Below, piece by piece: positions 22,242 through 31,733 of a DNA stretch of 64,000 nt. Both the position numbers and the translations under genes were made by a program. Numbering within the stretch: position 1 is the stretch's first letter; every line of letters starts with the position of its first letter. Origin of the DNA: an uncultured delta proteobacterium (GTDB lineage Bacteria; Myxococcota_A; UBA9160; UBA4427); the NCBI GenBank assembly GCA_963822965.1, contig CAWGJT010000005.1, positions 1,472,001 to 1,536,000 of the forward strand, in the 5' to 3' direction. The notes beneath the pieces were generated by a model. The model made no database searches. It was not told the origin of the DNA and was given only the letters and a program-made list of their open reading frames with translations.

Positions 22242-22347
22242 CGTCGCTCGTCTGCCGCCCCGGCTTCCCGACCGGATGCGACCTCGCGCTCCGACCGGGT
22301 ACCCTGACTCGACGACGGCCCAGCCCGAGAGGAGGCGACGGAGCGAA

Positions 22348-22947
22348 ATGAGCGCGAGGCGACACGACGCGAGAGACGCAGGAAGAATCGACGCGAGAAG
22401 CGCGCGAAGAGCGGCAGGCGCCGGGTGGATCCTGGCGGTCGCTTGCATGGCCGCGACCGCCCAGGCGGGCGACCTCGCGGCGGGCGACATGGCCCCGGAC
22501 TTCACGCTGCACGCGAGCGACGGCAAGACGTACACGCTGTCCGACTTCCGCGGCAAGCAGGCGGTGGTGATCGCCTGGTTTCCCAAGGCGTACACCCGCG
22601 GCTGCACCATCGAGTGCAAGTCGCTGGCCGAGCACGGAGACCTGATCCGCCAGTACGACGTCACGTACTTCATGGCCAGCGTCGATCCCCTGGAGGACAA
22701 CAAGGGCTTCGCGAAGCAGCAGAAGGCGGACTTCCCCCTGCTGAGCGATCCGGACAAGAAGGCCGCCCGGGCCTTCGGCGTGCTCCAACCCGCGGGCTAC
22801 GCCGGGCGAGAGACCTTCTACGTGGGCGTCGACGGGCGCATCCTCGCGATCGACCGAAGCGTGCGCCCGGAGACCTCGGCCGAGGACATGGCCGCAAAGC
22901 TGGGGGAGCTGGGCGTCGCGCGGGTCGCACCTCGCAACCCGTCGTGA
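22348..22947 (+). CDS. Peroxiredoxin (Bcp/PrxQ-like), probably exported
   Basis: GDMAPDFTL, WFPKAYTRGCTIEC (PxxxTxxC), FPLLSD; leader ending ATAQA. Confidence 0.9.
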   Translation: MSARRHDARDAGRIDARSARRAAGAGWILAVACMAATAQAGDLAAGDMAPDFTLHASDGKTYTLSDFRGKQAVVIAWFPKAYTRGCTIECKSLAEHGDLIRQYDVTYFMASVDPLEDNKGFAKQQKADFPLLSDPDKKAARAFGVLQPAGYAGRETFYVGVDGRILAIDRSVRPETSAEDMAAKLGELGVARVAPRNPS

Positions 22948-23636
22948 CCGCCGACGACGGGCTGCGAAGGCAAGAGCCCCTGGTCGTCTACATCGACCTC
23001 AAGAGCCCCTATGCCTACCTCGCGATCGATCCCACGCGCGCGATGGCCCGGAGCGTGGGGGTGGCCATCGATTGGCGGCCCTTCACGCTCGACATCCCGA
23101 GCTACCTGGGCTCTGCAAAGCTCGACGACAAGGGAAAGGTCGCGACGAGCCAGCGCTCCGAGCAGCAGTGGAGCGGCGTCCGCTACGCGTACATGGACGC
23201 CCGGCGCTATGCCAACCTGACCGGCAAGATCATTCGCGGGACCGTGAAGATCTGGGACTCGAGCCTGGCGGGCATCTCCATGCTCTGGGCGAAGCGCAGC
23301 GGACGGCTCGAGGACTATCTCGACGAGGCGTATCCGCGCTTCTGGCGCCGCGAGCTCGACATCGAGGACGTGGGCGTGATCGAGGGCGTCCTCGCGGATG
23401 CGGGGGTGCGGACGGACGGCTTCCGCGCGTACGCCGTGGGGCCGGGCCGCGCCGAGCACGACGAGCTGAACGAGGCCGCGTTCGCAGCCGGCGTCTTCGG
23501 GGTACCGACCTACCTCGTCGGCGGCGAGATGTGGTTCGGGCGCGAGCACCTGCCGCGGGTCGCCTGGCTGCTCTCCGGGCGCGAGGGCCCGCCGCCGGAC
23601 GTGGCCAACCGCTCCTTCGGCGCGCACGTGGAATGA
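22944..23636 (+). CDS. DsbA/2-hydroxychromene-2-carboxylate isomerase family protein
   Basis: YIDLKSPYAYLA, GVFGVPTY, WFGREHL; GTGA overlap. Confidence 0.88.
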   Translation: MTADDGLRRQEPLVVYIDLKSPYAYLAIDPTRAMARSVGVAIDWRPFTLDIPSYLGSAKLDDKGKVATSQRSEQQWSGVRYAYMDARRYANLTGKIIRGTVKIWDSSLAGISMLWAKRSGRLEDYLDEAYPRFWRRELDIEDVGVIEGVLADAGVRTDGFRAYAVGPGRAEHDELNEAAFAAGVFGVPTYLVGGEMWFGREHLPRVAWLLSGREGPPPDVANRSFGAHVE

Positions 23637-24277
23637 GCACCGTCACCGCCCTCGACTCGGCCGAGCTGAGCGTCCTCCTCGACCTTCGGAGCCCCTTCTC
23701 CTACCTGGCGCTGCATCCGGCGGTCGCGTTCGGAAGGGAGCTGGGCGTCGAGATCGACTGGCTGCCCCTCACGGCTCCGCCCCTCAAGCCTCCGTCCGCT
23801 CCGGCCCCGGGCGACGATCGCGGGGTGCTCCACCGGCGTCATCGCGCGCGGGCGATCGCGCGTGAGATCGAGGTGTACGGTCGGGCCCAGGGCCTCGTGT
23901 TGCGAGACCTCTACCGGGACGCCGACACCGGCGCCTTCGACCTCGCCTGGCTGTGGCTTCGCGAGCGCGATCCCGCGCGCCTGCCCGCCTTTCTCGGCGA
24001 GGGCTTCCGCGCCTACTGGTCCCTCGAGCTCGACCCCTCGAGCAGCGCGGCCATCGCCGCGCTGCTCGCCGCAGCGGGGGGCTCCACCGCGGGCTTCGAG
24101 ACCTGGTGCGCGGAAGACGGTCCGAAGACCGCGGCGCGCGTCGCAGACGAGCTTCGCGAGCGCGGTCTGTCCGCCGTCCCGGGCTACCTGGTGGACGGCG
24201 AGCTCTTCCACGGCCGCCAGCACCTCCCGATGATCCGCTGGATCCTCGCAGGTCGCCGGGGACCGGGCCCGATCTGA
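23633..24277 (+). CDS. DsbA/2-hydroxychromene-2-carboxylate isomerase family protein (second paralog)
   Basis: LDLRSPFSYLA, GLSAVPGY, FHGRQHLP; ATGA overlap. Confidence 0.85.
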   Translation: MSTVTALDSAELSVLLDLRSPFSYLALHPAVAFGRELGVEIDWLPLTAPPLKPPSAPAPGDDRGVLHRRHRARAIAREIEVYGRAQGLVLRDLYRDADTGAFDLAWLWLRERDPARLPAFLGEGFRAYWSLELDPSSSAAIAALLAAAGGSTAGFETWCAEDGPKTAARVADELRERGLSAVPGYLVDGELFHGRQHLPMIRWILAGRRGPGPI

Positions 24278-24288
24278 GCCGGCGGGGG

Positions 24289-25098
24289 CTACTTCACCAG
24301 GCGGCGCTTCAGCAGCCAGGCCGAGAGCGGGAAGAAGACCGCCGTCAGGGCGACCAGATAGAGAAGCGAGAGGCCGTCGCGCGGCGTCAGCGCACCCTCC
24401 GCGAAGCTGCGGGCCAGCTGCACGCCCGGAGTGAGGGGTGCCGCCCAGGCGATCGGCTGCAGCACGGGCGGCAGCACGTCGATGGGGAAGAAAGATCCGC
24501 TGAAGAAGAAGAGCGGCGTGGCCACGACGGTGAAGACCAGCGTGAGCGTGGAGAGGGTCGTCGAGGCGGCGGCGAAGCAGAGCCCCACGGCGCCGAACTC
24601 GAGCCCCACCATCACCGCCACCGCCAGCACGCCCGGGAAGGCCCAGGGATCGAGCCAGCCGACGGCCACGGCGAGCCCGCCGACCGCGAAGGTCGAAATG
24701 GCGGCCCGGGTCCCGCCCCAGAGCACCTCGCCCGCGGCCAGCTCGGCCACCGTGGTGGGCGTCGTCAGCATCGTTTCCATCAGCTGACTCTGAATACGCT
24801 GGAAGGCTCCCCACGCGCACTCGAAGATGGAGTGGAACATGGCGGTGCCGATCACCAGGCCGGGCGTCACGAAGCGCGAGTAGGAGCCATGACCGGGAAT
24901 GGTGTCGACGAGGCTCCCCACCCCCAGACCCATGGCGATCAGCACGAAGCCCGGCTCCACCAGGAACCAGGTGACGGCCACCTTCCAGACGCGGGCGAGC
25001 GCCACCGCGTGGCGCCACCAGACGCCGGTGACGCCGCGCCACCGCACGAGGGGCGCCGCCCGCAGCCTGGCATCCGAGCTCGTCCCGTCGAGACTCAT
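24289..25098 (-). CDS. ABC-2 type exporter permease (NodJ-like)
   Basis: LVEP...AMGLGVG, PLFFFSGSFFPID.LP, PLT motifs; about 6 TM helices. Confidence 0.9.
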   Translation of the reverse strand: MSLDGTSSDARLRAAPLVRWRGVTGVWWRHAVALARVWKVAVTWFLVEPGFVLIAMGLGVGSLVDTIPGHGSYSRFVTPGLVIGTAMFHSIFECAWGAFQRIQSQLMETMLTTPTTVAELAAGEVLWGGTRAAISTFAVGGLAVAVGWLDPWAFPGVLAVAVMVGLEFGAVGLCFAAASTTLSTLTLVFTVVATPLFFFSGSFFPIDVLPPVLQPIAWAAPLTPGVQLARSFAEGALTPRDGLSLLYLVALTAVFFPLSAWLLKRRLVK

Positions 25099-26051
25099 TG
25101 CTCGCGCAGCTCCTTGCCGGTGAGCAGCAGGAAGACGTCCTCGAGGTTCGAAGGTCGCACGTCGATGCGCACGCCCGCGAGCCCGGCCAGCGCACCCGTG
25201 GCGGGAGACTCGCCCTCCAGCCGGAAGACGGCGCCGATCTCCCGCCACTCGTAGCCGGCCTGCTGCAGCACGTGGCGCACCGCGGCCCGGTCGGCGCCGT
25301 CGAGCCGTAGCTCCGTCACATGGACGCCGACGTGGCGCTCGACCAGCGAGCGCGGCGGCGCCAGCGACAGGATCCGGCCGCGATCCATGATGGCGATGCG
25401 GTCGCACAGGGTGGCCGCCTCGTCCATGTAGTGCGTGGACATGAAGATGGTGACGCCGGCGGCCTTGAGGAGCGCCAGCTCCTCCCAGACCCGCGTGCGG
25501 CTGTGCGGGTCGAGCCCCGTGGTGGGCTCGTCGAGGACCACCACCCGGGGCTCCACGACCAGCGCGCGCGCGATGGCGAGCCGGCGCTTCATGCCGCCGG
25601 AGAGCTCGTCCACCTTGTCCTCGGCGCGATCCGAGAGGCCGAAGAAGCCCAGCACGGCGGCGGCGCGCTCGGCCGCGCGCCGCCGCGAGAGACCGGCCAG
25701 GAAGCCGTAGAGCTCGAGGTTCTGGCGGACGTTCACGTCCTCGTCGAGGCCGTCCGCCTGGGTGACGACCCCGAGCAGCTCACGCACACGACGCCCCTCG
25801 CGCAGGGCGTCGATTCCGTCCACGAATACCGAGCCCGCGTCCACGGGCGAGAGCCCCGAGAGCACGCGCATGATGCTGGTCTTGCCGGCGCCGTTCGGCC
25901 CGAGCAGACCGAAGGTCTCGCTGCGGTACACCTGGAACGAGACACCGTCCACGGCGCGCAACGGGCCGAAGCACTTCACCAGGCCCCGCACGTCGATGAC
26001 GGGGGCCGACCCGTCCGAGCCGAAGCGCTCGTGGTTCGCTTCCGATTGCAC
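25095..26051 (-). CDS. ABC exporter ATP-binding protein (NodI-like)
   Basis: GPNGAGKT, LSGGMKRRL, VLDEPTTGLDP, STHYMDEA, NLEDVFL. Start (GTG 26051) uncertain. Confidence 0.93.
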   Translation of the reverse strand: MQSEANHERFGSDGSAPVIDVRGLVKCFGPLRAVDGVSFQVYRSETFGLLGPNGAGKTSIMRVLSGLSPVDAGSVFVDGIDALREGRRVRELLGVVTQADGLDEDVNVRQNLELYGFLAGLSRRRAAERAAAVLGFFGLSDRAEDKVDELSGGMKRRLAIARALVVEPRVVVLDEPTTGLDPHSRTRVWEELALLKAAGVTIFMSTHYMDEAATLCDRIAIMDRGRILSLAPPRSLVERHVGVHVTELRLDGADRAAVRHVLQQAGYEWREIGAVFRLEGESPATGALAGLAGVRIDVRPSNLEDVFLLLTGKELREQ

Positions 26052-26221
26052 CTTGCCCTCCCGATCCGGCCGGCAGGGTAGTCGCGCCGGGCGCGGGCTG
26101 CCCGCGCGGGCCCCGCCACGACGACACACCGCAGGGCCTCGAGCACTCCGGGTCGGGACGCACGCACCTGGGGTACCGTAGGGCTTCCGGGGCGGGAGCT
26201 GCGACGCGAAGGATCTCATCC

Positions 26222-27580
26222 ATGTCACACCGGATCCTCGTGGCCACGGCCGACACCGTGGGAGTCGAGCGGGCCGGCCCCGCCATCCGGGCCACCGAGA
26301 TCGCCCGCGCCCTCGCCGCAGAGCACGAGGTGCGGCTCGTCTCCACCGGCCCCTGCTCGCTCCCCGACGAGCCGTTCGAGACCGCCCAGGTGGACGACGA
26401 CGGGCTCGCAGAGCGGATCGGCTGGGCCGACGTCGTCGTCCTCCAGGGATGGGTCAACCACCTGCGGCCCTTCGTGACCCGCCACGACAAGATCGTGGTC
26501 GCCGACCTGTACGACCCGATGCACCTCGAGGTGCTGGGACGCAGCCGGCACGACGACCTGGACGCCTGGTGGGCCGCCTTCAACGGCGCCCGGCAGGTGA
26601 TCGCCGAGCAGCTCCGGCGCGGCGACTGGTTCATGTGCGCGAGCGACCGCCAGCGGGCTCTCTGGCTGGGAGAGCTGGCCGCCGAGGGACGGGTCAATCC
26701 GACGACCTACGCGGCCGACGTCGGCCTGCGCTCGCTCATCGACGTGGTGCCCTTCGGGATGGCCGACGAGCCGCCGCATCGCACCGGACCCGGCCTCAAG
26801 GGTGTGATCGACGGCATCGGGGCGGGCGACCGCGTGCTCCTCTGGGGCGGCGGCATCTACGACTGGTTCGACCCGATCACGCTGGTGCACGCCGTCGACC
26901 GCCTGCGCCGAACCCACGACGACGTCCGGCTCGTCTTCATGGGCACGAAGCATCCGAGCCGGCTGGTGCCCGAGATGGAGGTGCTCGGGCGAACGCGTGC
27001 GCTCGCCACGGAGCTCGGCCTCAGCGGCCGCTGGGTCTTCTTCAACGAGGGCTGGGTGGCCTACGAAGGCCGCCAGAACCTGCTGCTGGACGCCGATGTC
27101 TTCGTGACGACCCACTTCGACACGATCGAGACGGAGTTCGCCTACCGCACGCGTGTGCTCGACTATCTCTGGGCCGCGCGGCCGATCGTGACGAGCCGGG
27201 GCGACGCGCTCGCCGACCTCGTCGATCGGGAGCAGCTGGGCCTCGCCGTGACGCCGGGCGACGTCGACGCGCTCCACGGGGCGCTGGAGCGAGTGCTCAC
27301 CGACCGATCCTTCGCCGAAGCCTGCCGGGCGAACATCGAGCGCCTGCGGCCGGCCTTCCGCTGGAGCGAGGCGCTCGCGCCCCTGCTCGCCTTCTGCCGC
27401 AACCCGAGCCGGGCCCCCGACCTCGTGGACGCCCAGTCGTCCCGGCGCCGGAAGCTCGGGATGCCCCGACCGTCCGGGCTCGCGGGCCTTCCGTGGGACC
27501 TGCGGCGCGCCCGATCGCTCTGGGCCGAAGGGGGCGCGCGCCTGCTCCTCGAACGCACGCGCAGCCGGCTGCGACGCTGA
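26222..27580 (+). CDS. Glycosyltransferase (GT-B, family 4-like)
   Basis: AGPAIR, DLYDP, LWGGGIYDWFDP, ETEFAYRTRVLDYLWA. Confidence 0.88.
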   Translation: MSHRILVATADTVGVERAGPAIRATEIARALAAEHEVRLVSTGPCSLPDEPFETAQVDDDGLAERIGWADVVVLQGWVNHLRPFVTRHDKIVVADLYDPMHLEVLGRSRHDDLDAWWAAFNGARQVIAEQLRRGDWFMCASDRQRALWLGELAAEGRVNPTTYAADVGLRSLIDVVPFGMADEPPHRTGPGLKGVIDGIGAGDRVLLWGGGIYDWFDPITLVHAVDRLRRTHDDVRLVFMGTKHPSRLVPEMEVLGRTRALATELGLSGRWVFFNEGWVAYEGRQNLLLDADVFVTTHFDTIETEFAYRTRVLDYLWAARPIVTSRGDALADLVDREQLGLAVTPGDVDALHGALERVLTDRSFAEACRANIERLRPAFRWSEALAPLLAFCRNPSRAPDLVDAQSSRRRKLGMPRPSGLAGLPWDLRRARSLWAEGGARLLLERTRSRLRR

Positions 27581-27638
27581 TCGACGACGGCGCGGCCTCT
27601 CGTCGGAGCCGCCTGCCGATGGGGTACGATCGCTCGGC

Positions 27639-28670
27639 ATGGGCGAGGCCTCGAGCGCGTCGCGTGCCATGGAGCCGTTCGTCTCGGTGGTCGTCGTGAC
27701 CCACGACGGAGCCGACCACCTCGCCCGGTGTCTCGCGTCCCTCGAGGCCCTCGATTTTCCTCCCGAGCGACTCGAGATCGTGCTCGTGGACAATCGCTCG
27801 CCAGCGGGCTCCCTGGACGCCATCCGGTCGGGCTTCCCCCGCGTCGCGGTCGTCACGAGCGCAGAGAACCGGGGCTTCGCGGGCGGCTGCAACCTCGGCA
27901 TCGCGCGAGCGCGGGGCGAGTACGTGGTGCTGCTGAACGACGACACCCGGGTGGAGCCCGGCTGGCTGCGGGCCCTGGTGGACGCCGCGGGCGACGATCC
28001 CGCGGTGGGCGTCGCCACGTCCCGGATCCGCCTCGAGGCGCCGTCGGACGGCGGCCGGCCCGTGCTCCAGAGCACCGGCGCCGAGATCCTGGCCGACGGA
28101 TCCTGCCGGGACCGCGGCTACGGCGCCGTCGACGAGGGACAGTACGCGAAGCGCGAGGAGGTCTTCGCGGGCTGCGGTGCGAGCATGCTGCTGCGGCGAG
28201 CCCTGCTGGACGACGTGGGGCTGCTCGAAGAGAGCCTCTTCATGTACTACGAGGACATCGACCTCTGCTGGCGCGCGCGGGCTCGCGGCTGGAAGATCGT
28301 CTACGTGCCCGACTCGGTGGTGTGGCACCTCCACCAGGCGACGATGGGCAGGGGGTCTCGTGAGCACCTCTTCTACGGCGACCGCAACCGGCTCGTGGTC
28401 GTGACCCGCAACGCGTCGGCCCGCCGCGCGCTGCGAGCGTGGGCTCGCTACGCGGTCGGCACGATCCCGGGCCTCTCTTCGGCGCCGGTACCGACGGCCG
28501 TCCGCGTTCGCGCATTCGCATCGGCCCTCGCCGCGCTGCCTCGAGCCCTTGCCTCCCGTCGGAGGATCCGTCGGGCACGCACGGCTTCCGAAGCCGACCT
28601 CGAGCGCTGGTTCCTCCCGCTTCGATCGAGCCGGGAGGGGTCGCCGGCGCCACGGCGGGAGAGGACGTGA
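27639..28670 (+). CDS. Glycosyltransferase family 2
   Basis: VSVVVV, VLVDN, NRGFAGGCN, LLNDD, FMYYEDIDLCWR. Confidence 0.92.
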   Translation: MGEASSASRAMEPFVSVVVVTHDGADHLARCLASLEALDFPPERLEIVLVDNRSPAGSLDAIRSGFPRVAVVTSAENRGFAGGCNLGIARARGEYVVLLNDDTRVEPGWLRALVDAAGDDPAVGVATSRIRLEAPSDGGRPVLQSTGAEILADGSCRDRGYGAVDEGQYAKREEVFAGCGASMLLRRALLDDVGLLEESLFMYYEDIDLCWRARARGWKIVYVPDSVVWHLHQATMGRGSREHLFYGDRNRLVVVTRNASARRALRAWARYAVGTIPGLSSAPVPTAVRVRAFASALAALPRALASRRRIRRARTASEADLERWFLPLRSSREGSPAPRRERT

Positions 28671-31600
28671 CCGGCCGCTACCGGTTCGACGCGTTCGTGC
28701 TCGACGGCGCTCGGGGCGAGCTCCGCCACGCGGGCGCGAAGGTGCCCCTCGAGCCCAAGGCCTTCGACGTGCTCGCGTACCTGATCCGGAACCGCGATCG
28801 GGCCGTGCCGCTCCCGGAGCTCCTGGCTGCCGTCTGGGCCGGGGTGAACGTCGAGCCGGGCTCCGTCCACCGGGCCGTGCACTTCGTTCGCCGGGCCGTG
28901 TCGGCGCGCGGCGGCGGAATCGAGGTCATCCGGACCGTCCCGCGCCGGGGCTACCGCTTCGTGCTCCAGGTGGAGCCCGTCGGCTCCGGCGATGCCGGCG
29001 AGCCTGCTTCGTCCTACGTCGGACGCGACGCCGTCCGTTCCGAGCTCGACCGCCGGCTCGCGCGCGCCCGGGGAGGGAGCTTCGAGCTGGTGCTGCTGCA
29101 CGGGTCGCCGGGCATCGGCAAGAGCGCCACGCTCGCGTGGCTCGTGGCCCGCGCCGAGCGGGCGGGAGCCGTACCCTTCGAGGGCCGCTGCATCGAAGGC
29201 CCGGCGGCACCCCCGTACCGGCCGTGGGCCGGCATCCTGCGCGCGGCGCTCCGCGCCGACGGGCCCGCCGACGTGGCGGACGGCCTCGAGCCCGGCGTGG
29301 CCGAGGTGGCGCGGGCGATTCCCGAGATCGCCGCGGCGCTCGGCGTGCATGCTCCTCGGGACGAGCGGATGGACGCGGGTGCGCGCTACCGCGTCCACGT
29401 GGCCATCGCCGATTGGATCCGTCACCGCTCGCGGCGCGATCCGCTCGTGCTGCTGCTGGACGATCTGCAGGGCGCGGACCTCGACTCGATCCAGCTGCTC
29501 GACTTCCTCGTGCAGGAGCTTTCCAACGAGCCCGTCCTGATTGCCGCCGCCTTTCGGGACGACCCGGACCCGGCGCCGGGACGCCGTGCCCTCGAGCAGC
29601 TCTGCGCGCGCCGTTCCGGTGCCTCCATTCGCTTGTCCGAGCTCTCGGATCGCGAGGTGGCGGAGCTGGCCCGGGACCGGACGGGCCAAGCGTGGTCGTC
29701 CGCAGAGCTTGCGCGCCTGGTCGACTCCAGCGGGGGCAATCCGCTCCTCGTCGAGCAGCTGCTGCGCGCGCGCGACGCCGGTCCCGAGCCGGAGACGGTC
29801 GATCTCCGCAGCGCCGGGCTTCGGGGGTCCCTTCGCCGTCTGCTCGCGGGCTCGTCGGTCTCGTGCAACGAGATGCTGTCCTTCGCGTGCGTCTTCGGGC
29901 GGGAGTTCGACCCTGCGGTGCTCGCCGCGGGCCTCGGCTGGCCGCTGCCCGACGTGCAGGCCGCCATCGACGAGGCCTTCGACCGGCGCGTCCTCGCGCC
30001 GCGCAGCCAGGACATCAGCGTCCGTTTCGTGCACGCCCTGATTCCCGAGGCGCTCTACGCCGGCCTCTCGGCCGCCGAGCGCGTCGAGGGGCATCGCCGT
30101 GCGGTCGAAGGCCTGCTCGCGACCCGAACCGGCTCGCGCGAGCGCCTGAGCGAGCTGGCCCACCACGCCTGTGAGGCGGCCGGCTCGATCGGTGTGCGGC
30201 CCGCCTTCGACTACACGGTGACGGCGGCACGCGACGCCATGCAGCGTCTCGCGTACGAAGAGGCGATCCAGCTCTTCGAACGGGCGCTGTCGTTGCGCGC
30301 GCCGGCCACGCCGGGCCCGGCCGCGCGTGCCGCCTGCCTCGTCGACCTGGGCACGGCGATGGTCCTGCGCGGCGCCGGCAGCGAGGCGCGGCCGCGCTTC
30401 TTCGAGGCCTGCGCGTTGGCGCGCCGGCTGGACGACCCGACGCTCCTCGCGCGCGCGGCCCTGGGCCCCTCGGAGATCGACGAGTACTACGCACTCGATC
30501 ACGAGCAGATCGCCGTGCTGCAGGAGGCAGCCGAACGTCTCGGAGACCGCGACCCCGCGCTGCGCGTCCAGCTGCTCATCGCGCTCGCGAAGACGGGCTA
30601 CTACGGGGCCCGGGACCTGACCCTCGAGGTCAGCGCCGAGGCGCTCGCGGAGGCGCGCTCCCTCTCCGATCCGGCGCTCGTCTGCACGAGCCTGGTCGCA
30701 CGGGCGGAGGCCCTCGGCTGGACCGAGTCCGACGACGAACGAAGCGCGCTCGTCGAGGAGGCCAACCGGATCGCGCGGCGAGCGCGCGTGCCCGCGACGA
30801 CCTGGGGGCTCGCGCTGCGGCAGGCTGCGTACGTTGCGCTCGCTTCGGGCGACCGCGACGGCTACGAGCGCCGGCTGCGCGACCTCGAGCGGCTGGCCGA
30901 GGCAAGGCGGCTCTCCGTCTTCGACCAGGCGGTGTCCGCCATGCGCGGCACGCTCGCGCTCCTCGAGGGCCGCTTCGGCGAGGCGGAATCCCTGTCCCAC
31001 CGGCAGCTCGAGACCGGCCGGCACTCGAATCCGGTGCTTGCCTTCCAGGCAGCCGGGGTCCACCGGACGATGATCCAGCTGGCCACGGGCTCTCCGGAGG
31101 AGGTCGCCGTGACGATGCGTGCCTTCAGCGCGCAGTTTCCCGAGATCTCGCCCTGGAGCGCGACCCTGGCCCTGGCGCTCGCCGAGATCGGCGAACGCGA
31201 CGAAGCCCTGGCCCGGGTGGACGCGCTGGCTCGGCGCCGCTTCGAGCCCCGACACCGCGACTTCCTGCCCATCACCCTGGCCCTGCTGGCGGAGACCGTG
31301 CAGCACCTCGGCGACCCCGACCGGGCCGCCACCGTCGCCGGCGAGCTGGCGCGCCTGCCGCACCGCTGCATCGTCGTGGGAACCTGCCTGGCGACATACG
31401 GCGCCGTGGACCGCTACCGCGGGCTGTGTGCAGAGGCCCGGGGCGACCTCGATGAGGCGATCCGCTACTACGAGGGCGGACTGGCGCTGGACGAGCGGAT
31501 GGGCGCCCTCCCCTTCGTGGCGCGAGGGCTCGGCGATCTGGGGCGGGCGCTTCGCAGCCGCGGCGGCGCGGAAGATGTCCGCAGCGCCGAAGCCCGCCTG

Positions 31601-31675
31601 GATCGGGCCTCGGCGCTGGCCGGAGGTCTGGGCATGCACCGCCCTCCGAATTCACGAGCCATAAGGCAACCATAA
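28667..31675 (+). CDS. Large transcriptional regulator: OmpR/CadC-type winged helix + AAA (STAND-like) ATPase + TPR-like helical region
   Basis: YRFDAFVLD...LEPKAFDVLAYL...IRTVPRRGYRF; YVGRD; Walker A GSPGIGKS; Walker B LLLDDLQ; GGNPL; FVHALI. GTGA overlap with the GT2 gene. Confidence 0.9.
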   Translation: MTGRYRFDAFVLDGARGELRHAGAKVPLEPKAFDVLAYLIRNRDRAVPLPELLAAVWAGVNVEPGSVHRAVHFVRRAVSARGGGIEVIRTVPRRGYRFVLQVEPVGSGDAGEPASSYVGRDAVRSELDRRLARARGGSFELVLLHGSPGIGKSATLAWLVARAERAGAVPFEGRCIEGPAAPPYRPWAGILRAALRADGPADVADGLEPGVAEVARAIPEIAAALGVHAPRDERMDAGARYRVHVAIADWIRHRSRRDPLVLLLDDLQGADLDSIQLLDFLVQELSNEPVLIAAAFRDDPDPAPGRRALEQLCARRSGASIRLSELSDREVAELARDRTGQAWSSAELARLVDSSGGNPLLVEQLLRARDAGPEPETVDLRSAGLRGSLRRLLAGSSVSCNEMLSFACVFGREFDPAVLAAGLGWPLPDVQAAIDEAFDRRVLAPRSQDISVRFVHALIPEALYAGLSAAERVEGHRRAVEGLLATRTGSRERLSELAHHACEAAGSIGVRPAFDYTVTAARDAMQRLAYEEAIQLFERALSLRAPATPGPAARAACLVDLGTAMVLRGAGSEARPRFFEACALARRLDDPTLLARAALGPSEIDEYYALDHEQIAVLQEAAERLGDRDPALRVQLLIALAKTGYYGARDLTLEVSAEALAEARSLSDPALVCTSLVARAEALGWTESDDERSALVEEANRIARRARVPATTWGLALRQAAYVALASGDRDGYERRLRDLERLAEARRLSVFDQAVSAMRGTLALLEGRFGEAESLSHRQLETGRHSNPVLAFQAAGVHRTMIQLATGSPEEVAVTMRAFSAQFPEISPWSATLALALAEIGERDEALARVDALARRRFEPRHRDFLPITLALLAETVQHLGDPDRAATVAGELARLPHRCIVVGTCLATYGAVDRYRGLCAEARGDLDEAIRYYEGGLALDERMGALPFVARGLGDLGRALRSRGGAEDVRSAEARLDRASALAGGLGMHRPPNSRAIRQP

Positions 31676-31677
31676 GG
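31659..31677 (+). promoter_or_regulatory. Direct repeat with 11-bp period, candidate winged-helix binding site
   Basis: CCATAAGG-caa-CCATAAGG (31659-31666 and 31670-31677), 56 nt upstream of the lipoprotein ATG. Confidence 0.6.
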
Positions 31678-31733
31678 GTGTGGGGCGGCACTCCCGGATA
31701 GGCTCGTGATGACACCTCGGGAGGTCGCAATTC

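Noticed and set aside
24289..26051. Nodulation genes nodIJ
   Set aside because: The family resemblance is real, but no nodABC is present and NodIJ-like exporters are widespread, so no symbol was assigned.
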